A stretch of DNA of 64,000 bases from Elusimicrobiota bacterium (GTDB lineage: Bacteria > Elusimicrobiota > Elusimicrobia > F11). The DNA is taken from the NCBI GenBank assembly GCA_044221725.1, contig JBGAON010000001.1, positions 640,001-704,000 of the forward strand. The letters run 5' to 3'. Positions within the stretch are counted from its first letter, which is position 1; every line of letters starts with the position of its first letter. Positions 19,339-29,052 of this stretch are shown one piece after another. Under the pieces are notes generated by a model. It saw only the letters and a list, made by a program, of their open reading frames with translations. It was not told where the DNA came from and did not search any database. A program made the translations under genes and the position numbers.

Positions 19339-19773
19339 ATGGAAAGCAAAGTGATTGAAGTGTTGCTTGTGGAGGACGATCTCGATAGCGTTTACCTGAC
19401 GGTAACCGCTGCCGAGATGGGGAAAACCGCGTTTCATGTTAACTTAGCCTTCGATGGCGTTGAAGCCATGGACTATCTTTACCGGAGGGGGAAATACACC
19501 GCGGTGCCTCGACCCGATTTGATTTTGCTCGATCTGAATATGCCACGCATGAACGGGCAGGAAGTTTTGCATGAAATTAAAAAGGATCCGAATTTGAGCA
19601 CGATCCCCGTGGTGATCCTGACGACCAGCGACCAACATCCCGATTTGAAGACGACGTACGGTCTTTCCGAAGACAGCTACCACATTAAGCCCAGCCGATT
19701 TAACGACTACATTGATCTGATGAAGTTTGTGGCGGAAGCGTACAAGAAAGGCCGATTGAATTACGCGCATTAG
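19339..19773 (+). CDS. Single-domain response regulator (Rcp1-like)
   Basis: VLLVEDD, LILLDLNMPRMNG, IPVVILTTS, KP. Confidence 0.92.
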   Translation: MESKVIEVLLVEDDLDSVYLTVTAAEMGKTAFHVNLAFDGVEAMDYLYRRGKYTAVPRPDLILLDLNMPRMNGQEVLHEIKKDPNLSTIPVVILTTSDQHPDLKTTYGLSEDSYHIKPSRFNDYIDLMKFVAEAYKKGRLNYAH

Positions 19774-19946
19774 TTTTACTTTTCTGATCTGACCCACCGA
19801 AGCCCCCCGCTTACAAGACGACAAACAGCCGCTTGACGCCCCTGTCCTCAAGTTAGTTCCCCGTATATACGAACCGGTTTTGAAAAAGTTCACACAACTT
19901 TTTGGGACGATTTTCGTAAGTGAGGTAAGTTAAACAAGGAGACATC

Positions 19947-20621
19947 ATGGTCGCAGTCACAACGGTTGGAAGTTTTGCAGGCAGTGTTATCGTTGCGGAA
20001 TTGGAAAACGTCTCGACGGTGCCGCCTCCCATCGGAAGTGACGAGGCGTACATAAAGGAAATATTGAAAGGGAACGCGGATGCGTTCTCTGTTTTATTTA
20101 ATAAATATCACCCGCGTTTTTTGGGCATGGCGATGCGGATTCTCCGCAATCAGGCCGAAGCCGAGGACGCTGTCGATGAAGCCTTCGTTGACGCTTATCG
20201 TCACCTGTCCGATTTTCAGAACAAAGCAAAGTTTTCCACATGGTTATACTCCATTGTGATTAACCATATTCGTAACCGAATGCGGCACAATCGCGTGATT
20301 CGCTGGACGTCTCTCGACGGCACCGAAACGGTTCGGGAAAGCGGGGAGCATCGCCCGCTCGATGTGGCCGAGGCGGCCCCCGGGATTGATAGTGTTGTTG
20401 ACGGAAAAATTCAGATGGAAACGCTCTACGAGATGGTTCTCCAACTTCCCCAGCCGTACCGAACGATTTTCTCAATGCACTATTTTAAAGGCCAACTGTT
20501 GCAAGAAATCGCGCACGAGTTGCATCGGCCCATTGGTACCGTCAAAGCCTACCTTCATCGCGCTCGCAAGACGATTGAGCGCCGCCTAAAAGTTAACCAC
20601 CCATCCATGTTGGTGAGCTAA
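19947..20621 (+). CDS. ECF RNA polymerase sigma factor
   Basis: AEAEDAVDEAF, KFSTWLYSI, EIAHELHRPIGTVKAYLHRAR; AGGAG RBS. Confidence 0.92.
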   Translation: MVAVTTVGSFAGSVIVAELENVSTVPPPIGSDEAYIKEILKGNADAFSVLFNKYHPRFLGMAMRILRNQAEAEDAVDEAFVDAYRHLSDFQNKAKFSTWLYSIVINHIRNRMRHNRVIRWTSLDGTETVRESGEHRPLDVAEAAPGIDSVVDGKIQMETLYEMVLQLPQPYRTIFSMHYFKGQLLQEIAHELHRPIGTVKAYLHRARKTIERRLKVNHPSMLVS

Positions 20622-20653
20622 AAAAAACCGGCTCACAAGGAGCCGGTTTTTTT
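20620..20653. terminator. Bidirectional intrinsic terminator
   Basis: AAAAAAAACCGGCTC-acaag-GAGCCGGTTTTTTT between convergent genes. Confidence 0.9.
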
Positions 20654-20672
20654 GTGCCCGAACGAGCGGCGT

Positions 20673-21059
20673 TTATTGTGGATTGTTTACTTCAACCCGC
20701 GTAACGAGCATGCTTGTGGGATCATATTCGAATGTTACGGAGTCGCCGGCGTTCACGTTCGTAACGCTGGACGTCTTGCCGCTTTTCATATACGCGGTTT
20801 GATCGCTCAGTGTGTACTCGGTGGTTTGACCTTGGCTCTCGATGCGGACGCGATTCCCGCTGCGGTCGATTGATTTTACGGTGCCGGTGGCCATCGATTT
20901 CGTTGATGAGTTTGACGAATTCGATGTGTCGGATGCGTTTGAGGTGCCGTCCGATCCGGTTGGTGAAACGGTGGTGCTAGGGGATGTGGTGTCCATCGCG
21001 GCCCAGACGAAACTGCTCAAGGCGAGACTCACAACAAATCCTCGGATGATGTTTTTCAT
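20673..21059 (-). CDS. Small secreted protein: Ser/Thr-rich linker plus OB-fold-like (DUF5666-like) domain
   Basis: AGGAGGAG RBS; signal peptide; 'GTVKSID...V.AGDSVTFEY'. Confidence 0.7.
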   Translation of the reverse strand: MKNIIRGFVVSLALSSFVWAAMDTTSPSTTVSPTGSDGTSNASDTSNSSNSSTKSMATGTVKSIDRSGNRVRIESQGQTTEYTLSDQTAYMKSGKTSSVTNVNAGDSVTFEYDPTSMLVTRVEVNNPQ

Positions 21060-21134
21060 TTTTCTCCTCCTGTGATTTTGAATACGGTTCGACTGCGAAC
21101 CGCATAATTTTTACGGGGGGCTCACCACAAAAGT

Positions 21135-23183
21135 TCAAACGGGCGGCGCTGGATTTAAGGACAGATACGAACGCAAAACCTCAGCGACGGACCACGCTTG
21201 CGCGATGCAGCCGCGCGGCATGAAAGGTTCATCGCCGTCAAAAATTTCGCTGACCGATCCCATGCCCGCTTCGGCCAAGTGCGCTTCGAAATCGGCCAGG
21301 CAATGCGCGAGATCTTTCGGATCCCGGTAAATTTTTCGCCCCGCATCAATATAGGGGCCTATTAGCCAAGCCCAAACCATTCCTTGGTGATAAGCGGAGT
21401 CGCGCGCGTGCCGATCCCCTTGGTACCGCGAATGATAATTTTTGTCCGTCGGTGCCAGTGACCGCAGTCCGAACGGCGTCAACAAGTGCTTGGTCACGAC
21501 ATTGAACATGGGTTCCCATTGGGCGGGGTTCAACACCGGAAAGCGCAGCGACAACGAGAACAGTTGGTTTGGTCGCAGAGAAGCGTCGGCGGGGAAGTCG
21601 CCATCGATCACGTCGTAAAGATAACCGCCATCGCTGTACCAGAAGCGTTGATTGAACGACGCGTATGTGCGGTCGGCCATCGCAACATATTGCTTGCTCG
21701 GTTGCCCCAGTTTTTCCGACCACTCGTTCATGAGCCGCAACGCGTTAAACCACAAGGCTTGGATTTCAATGGGTTTTCCGCGGCGCGGCGTCACAACCCA
21801 ATCGTCTGCTTTTGCGTCCATCCATGTGAGCGCCACGCCTTCCTGGCCACCTTTGAGCAATCCATCGTTCGGATCGACACCAATGTCAAAGTGGGTTCCT
21901 TTTTTGTGCCATTCAATAATGGATTCCAGAGTCGGATAAAGCGCGTGCAAGATCTCTTCGTCTTTCGTGATATGGATGTACCGATCGATCGCGTGGAAAT
22001 ACCACAATGTCGCGTCCATCGTGTTGTAAAGAGCGGTGCGTTGGCCTTCGGGAAACAAATTCGGAATCAGACCGTCTTTCACGTATCTCGCGAACGTTTG
22101 AAGGATGGCTTTTGCTTCTTCGAAACGACCGGTGCACAGCGTCAATCCTTCCAAGCTGATCATCGTATCGCGGCCCCAATCGGTAAACCAATGATAACCG
22201 GCAATTATGGTTCTAAGCGGTTCGCCGGCCGCATCGGCGATGGACCGTTCGTGCGGGCGGGTTGCCGGGAAAACAATGAATTGATTGGCGGCCAACACGA
22301 GCTGAGCTGGAAATCCCTCTCGCGCCGCGGCCGGGGCGATGTTAATCAGATGCTTCAAGCGGTGCTCTTCCGATTCAAAGATCGTTTTTGCATCCCACTC
22401 GAACGAGTCCCACGTTTCGACGCTCGCAACGAAAGCGACGGATTCGTGTTCGGCCAGTTCGGCAAAGAAGAAACCGGGACTTAAATTATGATCCTCGCAT
22501 TCCAGCCCGCGTTCTTTTTCAACGCGGTAATAAATTTTTTCTGCTTCCACGAAATCGGATACAAAGAGCCCTTTGGGTTCCTTGAGGGCCATGCGCAGCG
22601 GAGCAATGTTATCGGACGGATGAACTTCGCACAGTCCTTTTTTCAACATCACCGTAAACGGCCAGTTGGTGGGGTGCCCGAGAGGGCCATCGTGCCCGCG
22701 GAATCCCACGTAAGGTCGAACGAAAAGTCGAACACTTGATCCCTTTATAAGCTTGTATTCGACATAGATTGTGTTTTGTGCCCACGGCATCGCGATCTTT
22801 TTTTGAAACGTGCGTCCTTCGATTTCAAACGTCCACACCGGCATTTGCCATGCGAGCTTGAATTCATTCAGGTATTGGTGCGTTTGGCCGACGATGTCGC
22901 CCGCGTAGCGTTCGGCGCCGCTCAGTTGAATCATACGGTGATCAATCTGCAGTGTTTCATCGATCCGGGGAATGAGCACCGTTCGTCCCCATGGTGCGGG
23001 AAGATTCGGAATAAAAAGACCGTGGTAGCGGCGTGTCGGAATGTTGCGCACGGTGCTCGACCCATAGCCGCCAAGCCCGTTCGTGACCAACCATTCTTGG
23101 CTCAACAAATAATCGGGGTCTTCGCCGCGGCGCCACTTCGAGACGACGGACACATCTTCTAAGGCATGGGTCGTCGTGTTCAT
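21135..23183 (-). CDS. Glycogen debranching enzyme (amylo-alpha-1,6-glucosidase family)
   Basis: EWLVTNGLGGY, IIAGYHWFTDWGRDTMISLEGL, LTWMDAK, AYHQG.VWAWL, GCIAQAWSVAE. Confidence 0.93.
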   Translation of the reverse strand: MNTTTHALEDVSVVSKWRRGEDPDYLLSQEWLVTNGLGGYGSSTVRNIPTRRYHGLFIPNLPAPWGRTVLIPRIDETLQIDHRMIQLSGAERYAGDIVGQTHQYLNEFKLAWQMPVWTFEIEGRTFQKKIAMPWAQNTIYVEYKLIKGSSVRLFVRPYVGFRGHDGPLGHPTNWPFTVMLKKGLCEVHPSDNIAPLRMALKEPKGLFVSDFVEAEKIYYRVEKERGLECEDHNLSPGFFFAELAEHESVAFVASVETWDSFEWDAKTIFESEEHRLKHLINIAPAAAREGFPAQLVLAANQFIVFPATRPHERSIADAAGEPLRTIIAGYHWFTDWGRDTMISLEGLTLCTGRFEEAKAILQTFARYVKDGLIPNLFPEGQRTALYNTMDATLWYFHAIDRYIHITKDEEILHALYPTLESIIEWHKKGTHFDIGVDPNDGLLKGGQEGVALTWMDAKADDWVVTPRRGKPIEIQALWFNALRLMNEWSEKLGQPSKQYVAMADRTYASFNQRFWYSDGGYLYDVIDGDFPADASLRPNQLFSLSLRFPVLNPAQWEPMFNVVTKHLLTPFGLRSLAPTDKNYHSRYQGDRHARDSAYHQGMVWAWLIGPYIDAGRKIYRDPKDLAHCLADFEAHLAEAGMGSVSEIFDGDEPFMPRGCIAQAWSVAEVLRSYLSLNPAPPV

Positions 23184-25117
23184 GACAGAGACCTCGGAAC
23201 AAGATTGAGAATGCAGGTCTGGCTTCGTGGAATACGAACGCCTTGCGACGTGTCAATCTTTGGGCGGGGGGCTTGATCGAAGGCGCTCGTCCACAGCAAA
23301 TTCCAATCGCTGTTTTCGGGGGGAGCCAGAAGCGGCTCCGACACCGGAGAAAAATCGAAGGCGGATCCCAAATTGACAATCATTAATCGGTCGCCGTGGG
23401 TCGCGTCAAAGTAACGGAGCGCAAAACTTTTTGAGTGCAAAACGGCACCGTCGATGTGGGGTTCGGACTGGGCCAAAACCGGATCGGTACGTCGCAGAGA
23501 AAGCAGCTCTTTAACGAACGCGCTGGCGCTCAGCGCGCGTTCTGTTCGCGGCGAACCGATTTTCGATTGGCTGAAAACGACTTCGTCGTTGGGATTAAGC
23601 ATTGCGGCGAGCGCGGGCGAGTCTCGGTACGTCGGGAATTGCGACAGAAATTCGCGGCGCCCAGCGTCCACCGCTTTCGCCAGCTCCTTATTATGATCGG
23701 TAAAAAAATGAAACGGGCGGGGGGACTCAAACTCCTGGCCCATGAAAAGCATCGGCGTGCCGGGCGCGAGCAGCGCAAACCCGAGAAGCGCGCGGTATGT
23801 TTGTTGATCCGTAATCTCGTGCAAGCGTTTGCCATCAGGATGGTTCGCCACTTGATCGTGGTTCTGTGTGTAGGTCACAAAAGAACATTTCGGAACATGG
23901 AGCGTCGGCGTTCCGCGGTTTTTCTTTTGCCAGCCGTAATATTGTCCTTGAAATAGAAACCCGTGCTTCGCGAGCGCGACAAACTCGCTTGCGTTTCCTG
24001 TGTAATCGGTGAAATAAGCTTCGCTGAATCCGGTTATGGCGACACGACTCGCATGATGAAAGTCGTCGTTCCACATTGCATCAAGACCAAATCCGCCCTC
24101 ATCTATGGATTGCACGCAGCGCACATTTTGCGGTTCGTTTTCGGCAATCAAAATGATGGCGCGGTCTCCGGCCGCCGCACGCGCGTTCGCCGAAATTTCC
24201 GCCAATATGTGACGGCGACTGTTGTCGAAAATACTTTGGGTCGCATCCAGACGGAGGCCATCCAAATGAAACTCCGAAATCCAATAACACGCATTTTGGA
24301 TGAAGAAGTGGCGTACGGCTTCGCAATTGGGACCGTCGAAATTGATTGCCTCGCCCCATTCCGTATCTTGCTTACTGAAATAATTGTCGCTGAACTGCGT
24401 GAGATAATTTCCGTCCGGCCCGAAGTGATTGTAAACGACGTCAAGAACAACCGCCATCCGCAGGGCGTGCGCGGAATCAACAAACCGTTTTAGTGCATCG
24501 GGCGGTCCGTACACGTGATAGGGCGCGAACAGATCAACCCCATCGTAGCCCCAGTTCCACCGGCCCGCGCACTCGTTGAGCGGCATAAGCTCGATGACCG
24601 TTACTCCAATGTCCTTTAAGCGGTCGAGTTCGCGCGCCGCAGCGTCGAGCGTGCCTTCCTCCGTAAACGTTCCGACGTGGAGTTCGTAAATAACTTGGCC
24701 CGCCATTTGGATTCCTTTCCAGTTGTGGTCGGTCCACGGAAATTCCTGTGGGTCGATGATCTGCGACGGGCCGTGCGGTCCTTGAGGCTGGTAGCGGGAG
24801 CATGGATCGGGAAAACGCGCGCCGTCGTCCAATTGGAATTTGTAAAGCGCGTTTTTCTTTATCTCGGGAAATTGGCCCGTGAAATAACCGGATTCGTGTT
24901 TCGACAGAACGAACGTTTCATGATTGCTGAGCTCGACGGCCACGTTGTTCCGCTCGGGAGCCCACACCCGGAACGTCGTCCCTTCTTCGGTGACGTTCGC
25001 ACCAAGGTCAAGACGCCATTTAGGGGAGTTGGGAAAAAGAAAGCTGTCCACGATCAGAGGGGGACCGATCCGGACAGCTTTTCGCACGCGCATCACCGTG
25101 TCTTTTTGAACGGTCAT
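23180..25117 (-). CDS. treZ: Malto-oligosyltrehalose trehalohydrolase (GH13)
   Basis: FRVWAP, YELHVGTFT, WGYDGV, DVVYNHFGPDGN, DGLRLDAT, IAENE, QNHDQV. Confidence 0.92.
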   Translation of the reverse strand: MTVQKDTVMRVRKAVRIGPPLIVDSFLFPNSPKWRLDLGANVTEEGTTFRVWAPERNNVAVELSNHETFVLSKHESGYFTGQFPEIKKNALYKFQLDDGARFPDPCSRYQPQGPHGPSQIIDPQEFPWTDHNWKGIQMAGQVIYELHVGTFTEEGTLDAAARELDRLKDIGVTVIELMPLNECAGRWNWGYDGVDLFAPYHVYGPPDALKRFVDSAHALRMAVVLDVVYNHFGPDGNYLTQFSDNYFSKQDTEWGEAINFDGPNCEAVRHFFIQNACYWISEFHLDGLRLDATQSIFDNSRRHILAEISANARAAAGDRAIILIAENEPQNVRCVQSIDEGGFGLDAMWNDDFHHASRVAITGFSEAYFTDYTGNASEFVALAKHGFLFQGQYYGWQKKNRGTPTLHVPKCSFVTYTQNHDQVANHPDGKRLHEITDQQTYRALLGFALLAPGTPMLFMGQEFESPRPFHFFTDHNKELAKAVDAGRREFLSQFPTYRDSPALAAMLNPNDEVVFSQSKIGSPRTERALSASAFVKELLSLRRTDPVLAQSEPHIDGAVLHSKSFALRYFDATHGDRLMIVNLGSAFDFSPVSEPLLAPPENSDWNLLWTSAFDQAPRPKIDTSQGVRIPRSQTCILNLVPRSLS

Positions 25118-25129
25118 ACACCATGAGAT

Positions 25130-25588
25130 CTATGGAATGTTCCATTGCGAGGTAACTTTAATGGCACTAATTAGTCCGCTGGATTGCTTGAGCACCTCGA
25201 ATTGCTCGCGAACTTCGTTGAGGCTTTCACCGGCCAGTCCTTCTCCCAGGGCTTCGTCATAGGCTTTTCGAATGGACTCTTCCGCGCGGTCGCACACCTC
25301 AATAATCGCCGTGTCGTCTTTTGCGGTAATAATCTCCTTAATATTGTCCCAGCGATTTTTAAAAAAGGGAAACGCGAGGTCAGACTCGGAAAGTCCGCCG
25401 AGGCGGTTGATGTGGGCCTCCAAGTTCAGGGCGAAAAGGGCCCTCTGATCCATAAAACTCTTAAAGATCTTCTTTAAGTCGCGATTATTGGTGAGCGCGT
25501 ACGCGATTCGGTACCCGCTTTCGCTCAAGCGACAACACTCGAGCAGGTTATTCAGGATGGAAACGGCACTTCGGTATGTGGTGAACAT
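25130..25588 (-). CDS. PA2169/DUF2383-family ferritin-like four-helix bundle protein
   Basis: 'LNNLLECCR.SE.GY...L...I..LGG...W..IK......DD.AI...C.R.EE.I.KAY..AL' pattern; start assigned to ATG 25588. Confidence 0.75.
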   Translation of the reverse strand: MFTTYRSAVSILNNLLECCRLSESGYRIAYALTNNRDLKKIFKSFMDQRALFALNLEAHINRLGGLSESDLAFPFFKNRWDNIKEIITAKDDTAIIEVCDRAEESIRKAYDEALGEGLAGESLNEVREQFEVLKQSSGLISAIKVTSQWNIP

Positions 25589-25687
25589 AGCCTTGTTACG
25601 TGCCGCGGATAAAAAAAGTTCAACACACCGAACTATTTTCGCTTCCTTCCGTACGAGGAGATGCATACCAATAATGAGGGAGGAGCA

Positions 25688-25852
25688 ATGAATTACAAAC
25701 TGTCAGAGATTCTTGGGTCCATCGATTTTTATGGCTCGACGCTTGGTAAAACCGCCTGGTACCAAAACACTGCTCCCGGAAAACGCGGTCGGCCGCCCAA
25801 AGACAAAGAAGCGCACAAACCCATCAACAAAAAACCAAAATCTCCAAAATAG
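25688..25852 (+). CDS. 54-aa basic protein with an AT-hook-like motif
   Basis: Strong RBS GAGGGAGGAG; contains KRGRPPK; Lys-rich tail. Confidence 0.5.
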   Translation: MNYKLSEILGSIDFYGSTLGKTAWYQNTAPGKRGRPPKDKEAHKPINKKPKSPK

Positions 25853-26018
25853 AAAGCACCGTCATTGCAATTCGTTTTACTCCAGAGGATTACCGTCAGA
25901 AATCCTCTGGAGTGCGCTGTTTCATTTTGCTAGGCTCCTTCGCGTCGCCCGGCAAGCTGGAAGTTTGTCCTGCCCTGCTATTTCCCGACGCTTCAGGCCT
26001 CTCCGTGGCACACAACAA

Positions 26019-26834
26019 ATGGACCAATTTGAGCGAGAGGTTCAATCAGGAGACCGGTTCACATTCGGTAAGAACTGGAGCCGGTTTCTATTAACTCTAA
26101 CCGATGCACGAATTCTCGAAGCGGAAAAGTCGCTTCGTGAAATGCTCGGAGTTTCGGATCTTCAGGGACTAAAATTTTTGGACGTCGGTTCGGGCAGCGG
26201 TTTGTTTTCGTTGGCCGCAAAACGATTGGGCGCGCAGGTGCGCTCGTTCGATTACGATCCGCAATCGGTCGCCTGCGGCATGCGGCTGAAGCAACAATTT
26301 TTTCCGAACGAGAATCATTGGACGGTCGAACGCGGATCCGCGTTGGATCCCAAGTTTGTAGAAGCGGTCGGTGAGTTTGATGTGGTTTATTCCTGGGGTG
26401 TTTTGCATCACACCGGAGCCATGTGGACGGCGCTGGATTTGGTCTCGAAGCCCGTTAAGCGCGGCGGGAAACTTTATATCGCTCTCTACAACGATCAGGG
26501 GTGGCGTTCCACGTTTTGGTGGCAGGTGAAACGAATTTACTGTTCCGGGTTGGTGGGGCGGTGGCTTATGAGCGCAATTTTCATTCCGTACATGGCGTTT
26601 CGCGCGCTTTGCAAATCAATTCTCACTGGAACGAATGTTTTTAAGGAATACAAGCAATACCGTGGAATGTCTATCTGGCACGACTGGGTGGATTGGTTGG
26701 GCGGATTTCCGTTCGAGGTAGCGTCCCCGGATCAAGTTACTGATTTTTTTAAAAAGAGAGGGTTCGCTCTTTTTAAGATAAAGACAACACAATCGCTCGG
26801 AAATAACGAGTTTGTGTTTGTGAGAAACGTATGA
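26019..26834 (+). CDS. Class I SAM-dependent methyltransferase
   Basis: RFTFGKNW, FLDVGSGSGLFSLAA, FDVVYSWGVLHHTG, DWLGGFPFE. Confidence 0.88.
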   Translation: MDQFEREVQSGDRFTFGKNWSRFLLTLTDARILEAEKSLREMLGVSDLQGLKFLDVGSGSGLFSLAAKRLGAQVRSFDYDPQSVACGMRLKQQFFPNENHWTVERGSALDPKFVEAVGEFDVVYSWGVLHHTGAMWTALDLVSKPVKRGGKLYIALYNDQGWRSTFWWQVKRIYCSGLVGRWLMSAIFIPYMAFRALCKSILTGTNVFKEYKQYRGMSIWHDWVDWLGGFPFEVASPDQVTDFFKKRGFALFKIKTTQSLGNNEFVFVRNV

Positions 26835-26907
26835 GCGCCCGTAGCTCAGCTGGAAGAGCGTCTGGCTTCGAACCAGCAGGTCGCAGGTTCGAGTCCTGCC
26901 GGGCGCG
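26835..26907 (+). tRNA. tRNA-Arg (anticodon TCG)
   Basis: GCGCCCG/CGGGCGC acceptor stem, anticodon loop CTTCGAA, T-arm GCAGG-TTCGAGT-CCTGC; CCA not encoded. Confidence 0.93.
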
Positions 26908-26944
26908 CCCTCCTTCGCCGAAGCTCCGAAGGAGCGAAGGAGGA
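26908..26944. repeat. REP-like palindrome between convergent tRNAs
   Basis: CCTCCTTCGC-cgaa-GCTC-cgaag-GAGC-GAAGGAGG. Confidence 0.55.
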
Positions 26945-27028
26945 TGGGCAGGAAGGGAGTTGAACCCATAAGCCCTTGCGGGCACGAGGTCCTAAGCCTC
27001 GCGCGTCTGCCAGTTCCGCCACCTGCCC
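26945..27028 (-). tRNA. tRNA-Leu (anticodon TAG)
   Basis: Minus strand GGGCAGG...CGAGG-CTTAGGA-CCTCG, long variable arm GCCCGCAAGGGC, ends CCTGCCCA. Confidence 0.92.
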
Positions 27029-27103
27029 GTGACGGCGTGGAATATACAAAGATTCGAAAATCGAGATTTGAAAATAGAATTAGAAAGGTGAGGTTGAGAG
27101 CAT

Positions 27104-28402
27104 ATGTTGGGTCTAACAAGTGAAATGAAAGTAAAAGTGGTTTCCGAGGAAGGTTGCTTGCAAACATTTTCGGTGGAGCTTCCGGTCGCAAAAGTAAAAG
27201 AGAAAATTGAGGAAGCGTTTAAGAACGTGCAGAATCAGGCGAAGTTGCCGGGTTTCCGGCCGGGCAAAGCACCGCTCGACATGGTACGCGAAAATTTCAA
27301 AATGGCTGCCTACGAGCGCGCGCAGGACCTGTTGATGCGTGAGGGTGTCAGCGAAGTGCTGAAGTCAAAAAAAATTAATCCGGTGCAAACGCCTGTTGTG
27401 CAAGATGCGAAATTCCTTCCGGAAAAGCCTTTCCAATTTCAATTCCAAGTGGAAATTGCTCCGCAAATCAAGCCAACCAACTACAAGGGACTTAAGCTGA
27501 CGCGCAAAGCGGTTGCCGTCGGCGACGCCGAGCTTGCGAAATCGCTTGCCAATCTGGCCGACATGAACGCGCGGCTTGTGGAATCAAAAGACGACACGCT
27601 TAAGCCCACGCATTACGCCGTCGTTAATTACGAAGGCTTCCTCGACGGGAAAGCGATCGATGGAGCGAAAGCCGAAAACTTTTTGCTCGATATGTCGGCG
27701 CCGCAAGCCATCGCGGGCTTGGCCGAAGGTCTGGTGGGCAGCAAAGTGTCGGAAGAGCGCGACGTCAAAGTGCAATTCCCGGCCGATTCTCCGGCCAAGG
27801 AACTTGCCGGTAAAGAAGCCGTTTTCAAAGTCACACTGATCGGAATTAAAGAGAAAAACGTGCCCGTGTTGGATGACGAGTTCGCGAAAGATTTGGGCCT
27901 TGATTCGCTCGCGACGTTGAAAACAAAGTTGCGGGAAAATTTGGAGCGCGAACAAAAACAAGCGTCCCAAGCCGATGTCGAGAAGCAAATCATTGAAAAA
28001 CTTTTAGAGGAACACCAATTCGCTGTACCCCCGAGCCTCGCGAAAGGACAGCTGCAAAGCCTCGTTCAGCGTCAGTCGAGCCGTCTCCTGCAGCAAGGTG
28101 TGCCGCAAGCGGAGGTCGACAAGGCGCTAGCGAAGGCCACGCCAGAATTGCAGAAACAGGCGGAAAAAGACATTCGTTTGGCCTATATTTTAAATGCGAT
28201 TGCGAACGAAGAATCAATTGACGTGTCGGACGAAGAAATAAGTGCGAAAATTAACGACATCGTCAGCAAATCGGAAGAAAAGCAACGCGGATCGCTCGAA
28301 AAAGCCCTGCGGGCAAAGTACAACGATCAGCTTCGTTCCGAAATTCGGGAATCGAAAATTTTTGTTTGGATCATTGAACACGCTAAAATTAAAGAGGCTT
28401 AA
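27104..28402 (+). CDS. tig: Trigger factor
   Basis: LPGFRPGKAP ribosome-binding motif, FKBP-like domain, LDDEFAKDLG; precedes clpP. Start may be 27125. Confidence 0.96.
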   Translation: MLGLTSEMKVKVVSEEGCLQTFSVELPVAKVKEKIEEAFKNVQNQAKLPGFRPGKAPLDMVRENFKMAAYERAQDLLMREGVSEVLKSKKINPVQTPVVQDAKFLPEKPFQFQFQVEIAPQIKPTNYKGLKLTRKAVAVGDAELAKSLANLADMNARLVESKDDTLKPTHYAVVNYEGFLDGKAIDGAKAENFLLDMSAPQAIAGLAEGLVGSKVSEERDVKVQFPADSPAKELAGKEAVFKVTLIGIKEKNVPVLDDEFAKDLGLDSLATLKTKLRENLEREQKQASQADVEKQIIEKLLEEHQFAVPPSLAKGQLQSLVQRQSSRLLQQGVPQAEVDKALAKATPELQKQAEKDIRLAYILNAIANEESIDVSDEEISAKINDIVSKSEEKQRGSLEKALRAKYNDQLRSEIRESKIFVWIIEHAKIKEA

Positions 28403-28420
28403 TTCACGAGGAGGTCGTTG

Positions 28421-29044
28421 ATGCTCATTCCATCCATCATTGAGAGGTGGAATCAAGGTGCGGTCGTCGGTTACGACATTTATTCGCGGTTGTTGCGTGA
28501 TCGCATTATTTTTGTAGGTGGTTTCGGCGGAGCGGTAACAACGGACTCGGCTAACCTTATTATTGCGCAGCTTCTTTTCCTTGAAGCGGAAGATCCGGAA
28601 AAACAAATCAATCTTTACATTAACTCGCCGGGCGGCATGGTGACCGCGGGTTTGGCTGTGTACGACACGATGCAGTACATTAAATCGCCGATCACAACGA
28701 TATGCATGGGAATGGCGATGTCGTTTGGCGCCGTGTTGTTAACCGCCGGTACAAAGGGTCAACGTTTTGCGTTGCCCAATTCGCGCGTGATGATTCACCA
28801 ACCTCTGCTTTCGGGGGGGGGGCTTTCCGGTCAGGCGACCGATATCAAAATTGAGGCGACCGAACTGGTAAAGACGAAACAACGGCTTTGTGAGATCATG
28901 TCGAAGCACACCGGCCAAAGCATTAAGAAAATTACCGATGACATGGAACGTAATTTTTATATGTCGGCCGAGCAGGCAAAAGAGTACGGCATTATTGACG
29001 AAGTGATTAATCCGCGGAAGCTTCTGGATTTGAAGAAAAAGTGA
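28421..29044 (+). CDS. clpP: ATP-dependent Clp protease proteolytic subunit
   Basis: [28 protein letters not shown] (catalytic Ser), MIHQP. Confidence 0.98.
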   Translation: MLIPSIIERWNQGAVVGYDIYSRLLRDRIIFVGGFGGAVTTDSANLIIAQLLFLEAEDPEKQINLYINSPGGMVTAGLAVYDTMQYIKSPITTICMGMAMSFGAVLLTAGTKGQRFALPNSRVMIHQPLLSGGGLSGQATDIKIEATELVKTKQRLCEIMSKHTGQSIKKITDDMERNFYMSAEQAKEYGIIDEVINPRKLLDLKKK

Positions 29045-29052
29045 GGTAATTT

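Noticed and set aside
25713..26018. N-terminal extensions given by the ORF track (also at 1656, 5576, 30263, 36599, 39409, 44044, 46256, 50109, 54470)
   Set aside because: They overlap upstream genes or intergenic DNA; downstream starts with an RBS or stop/start coupling fit the families better.
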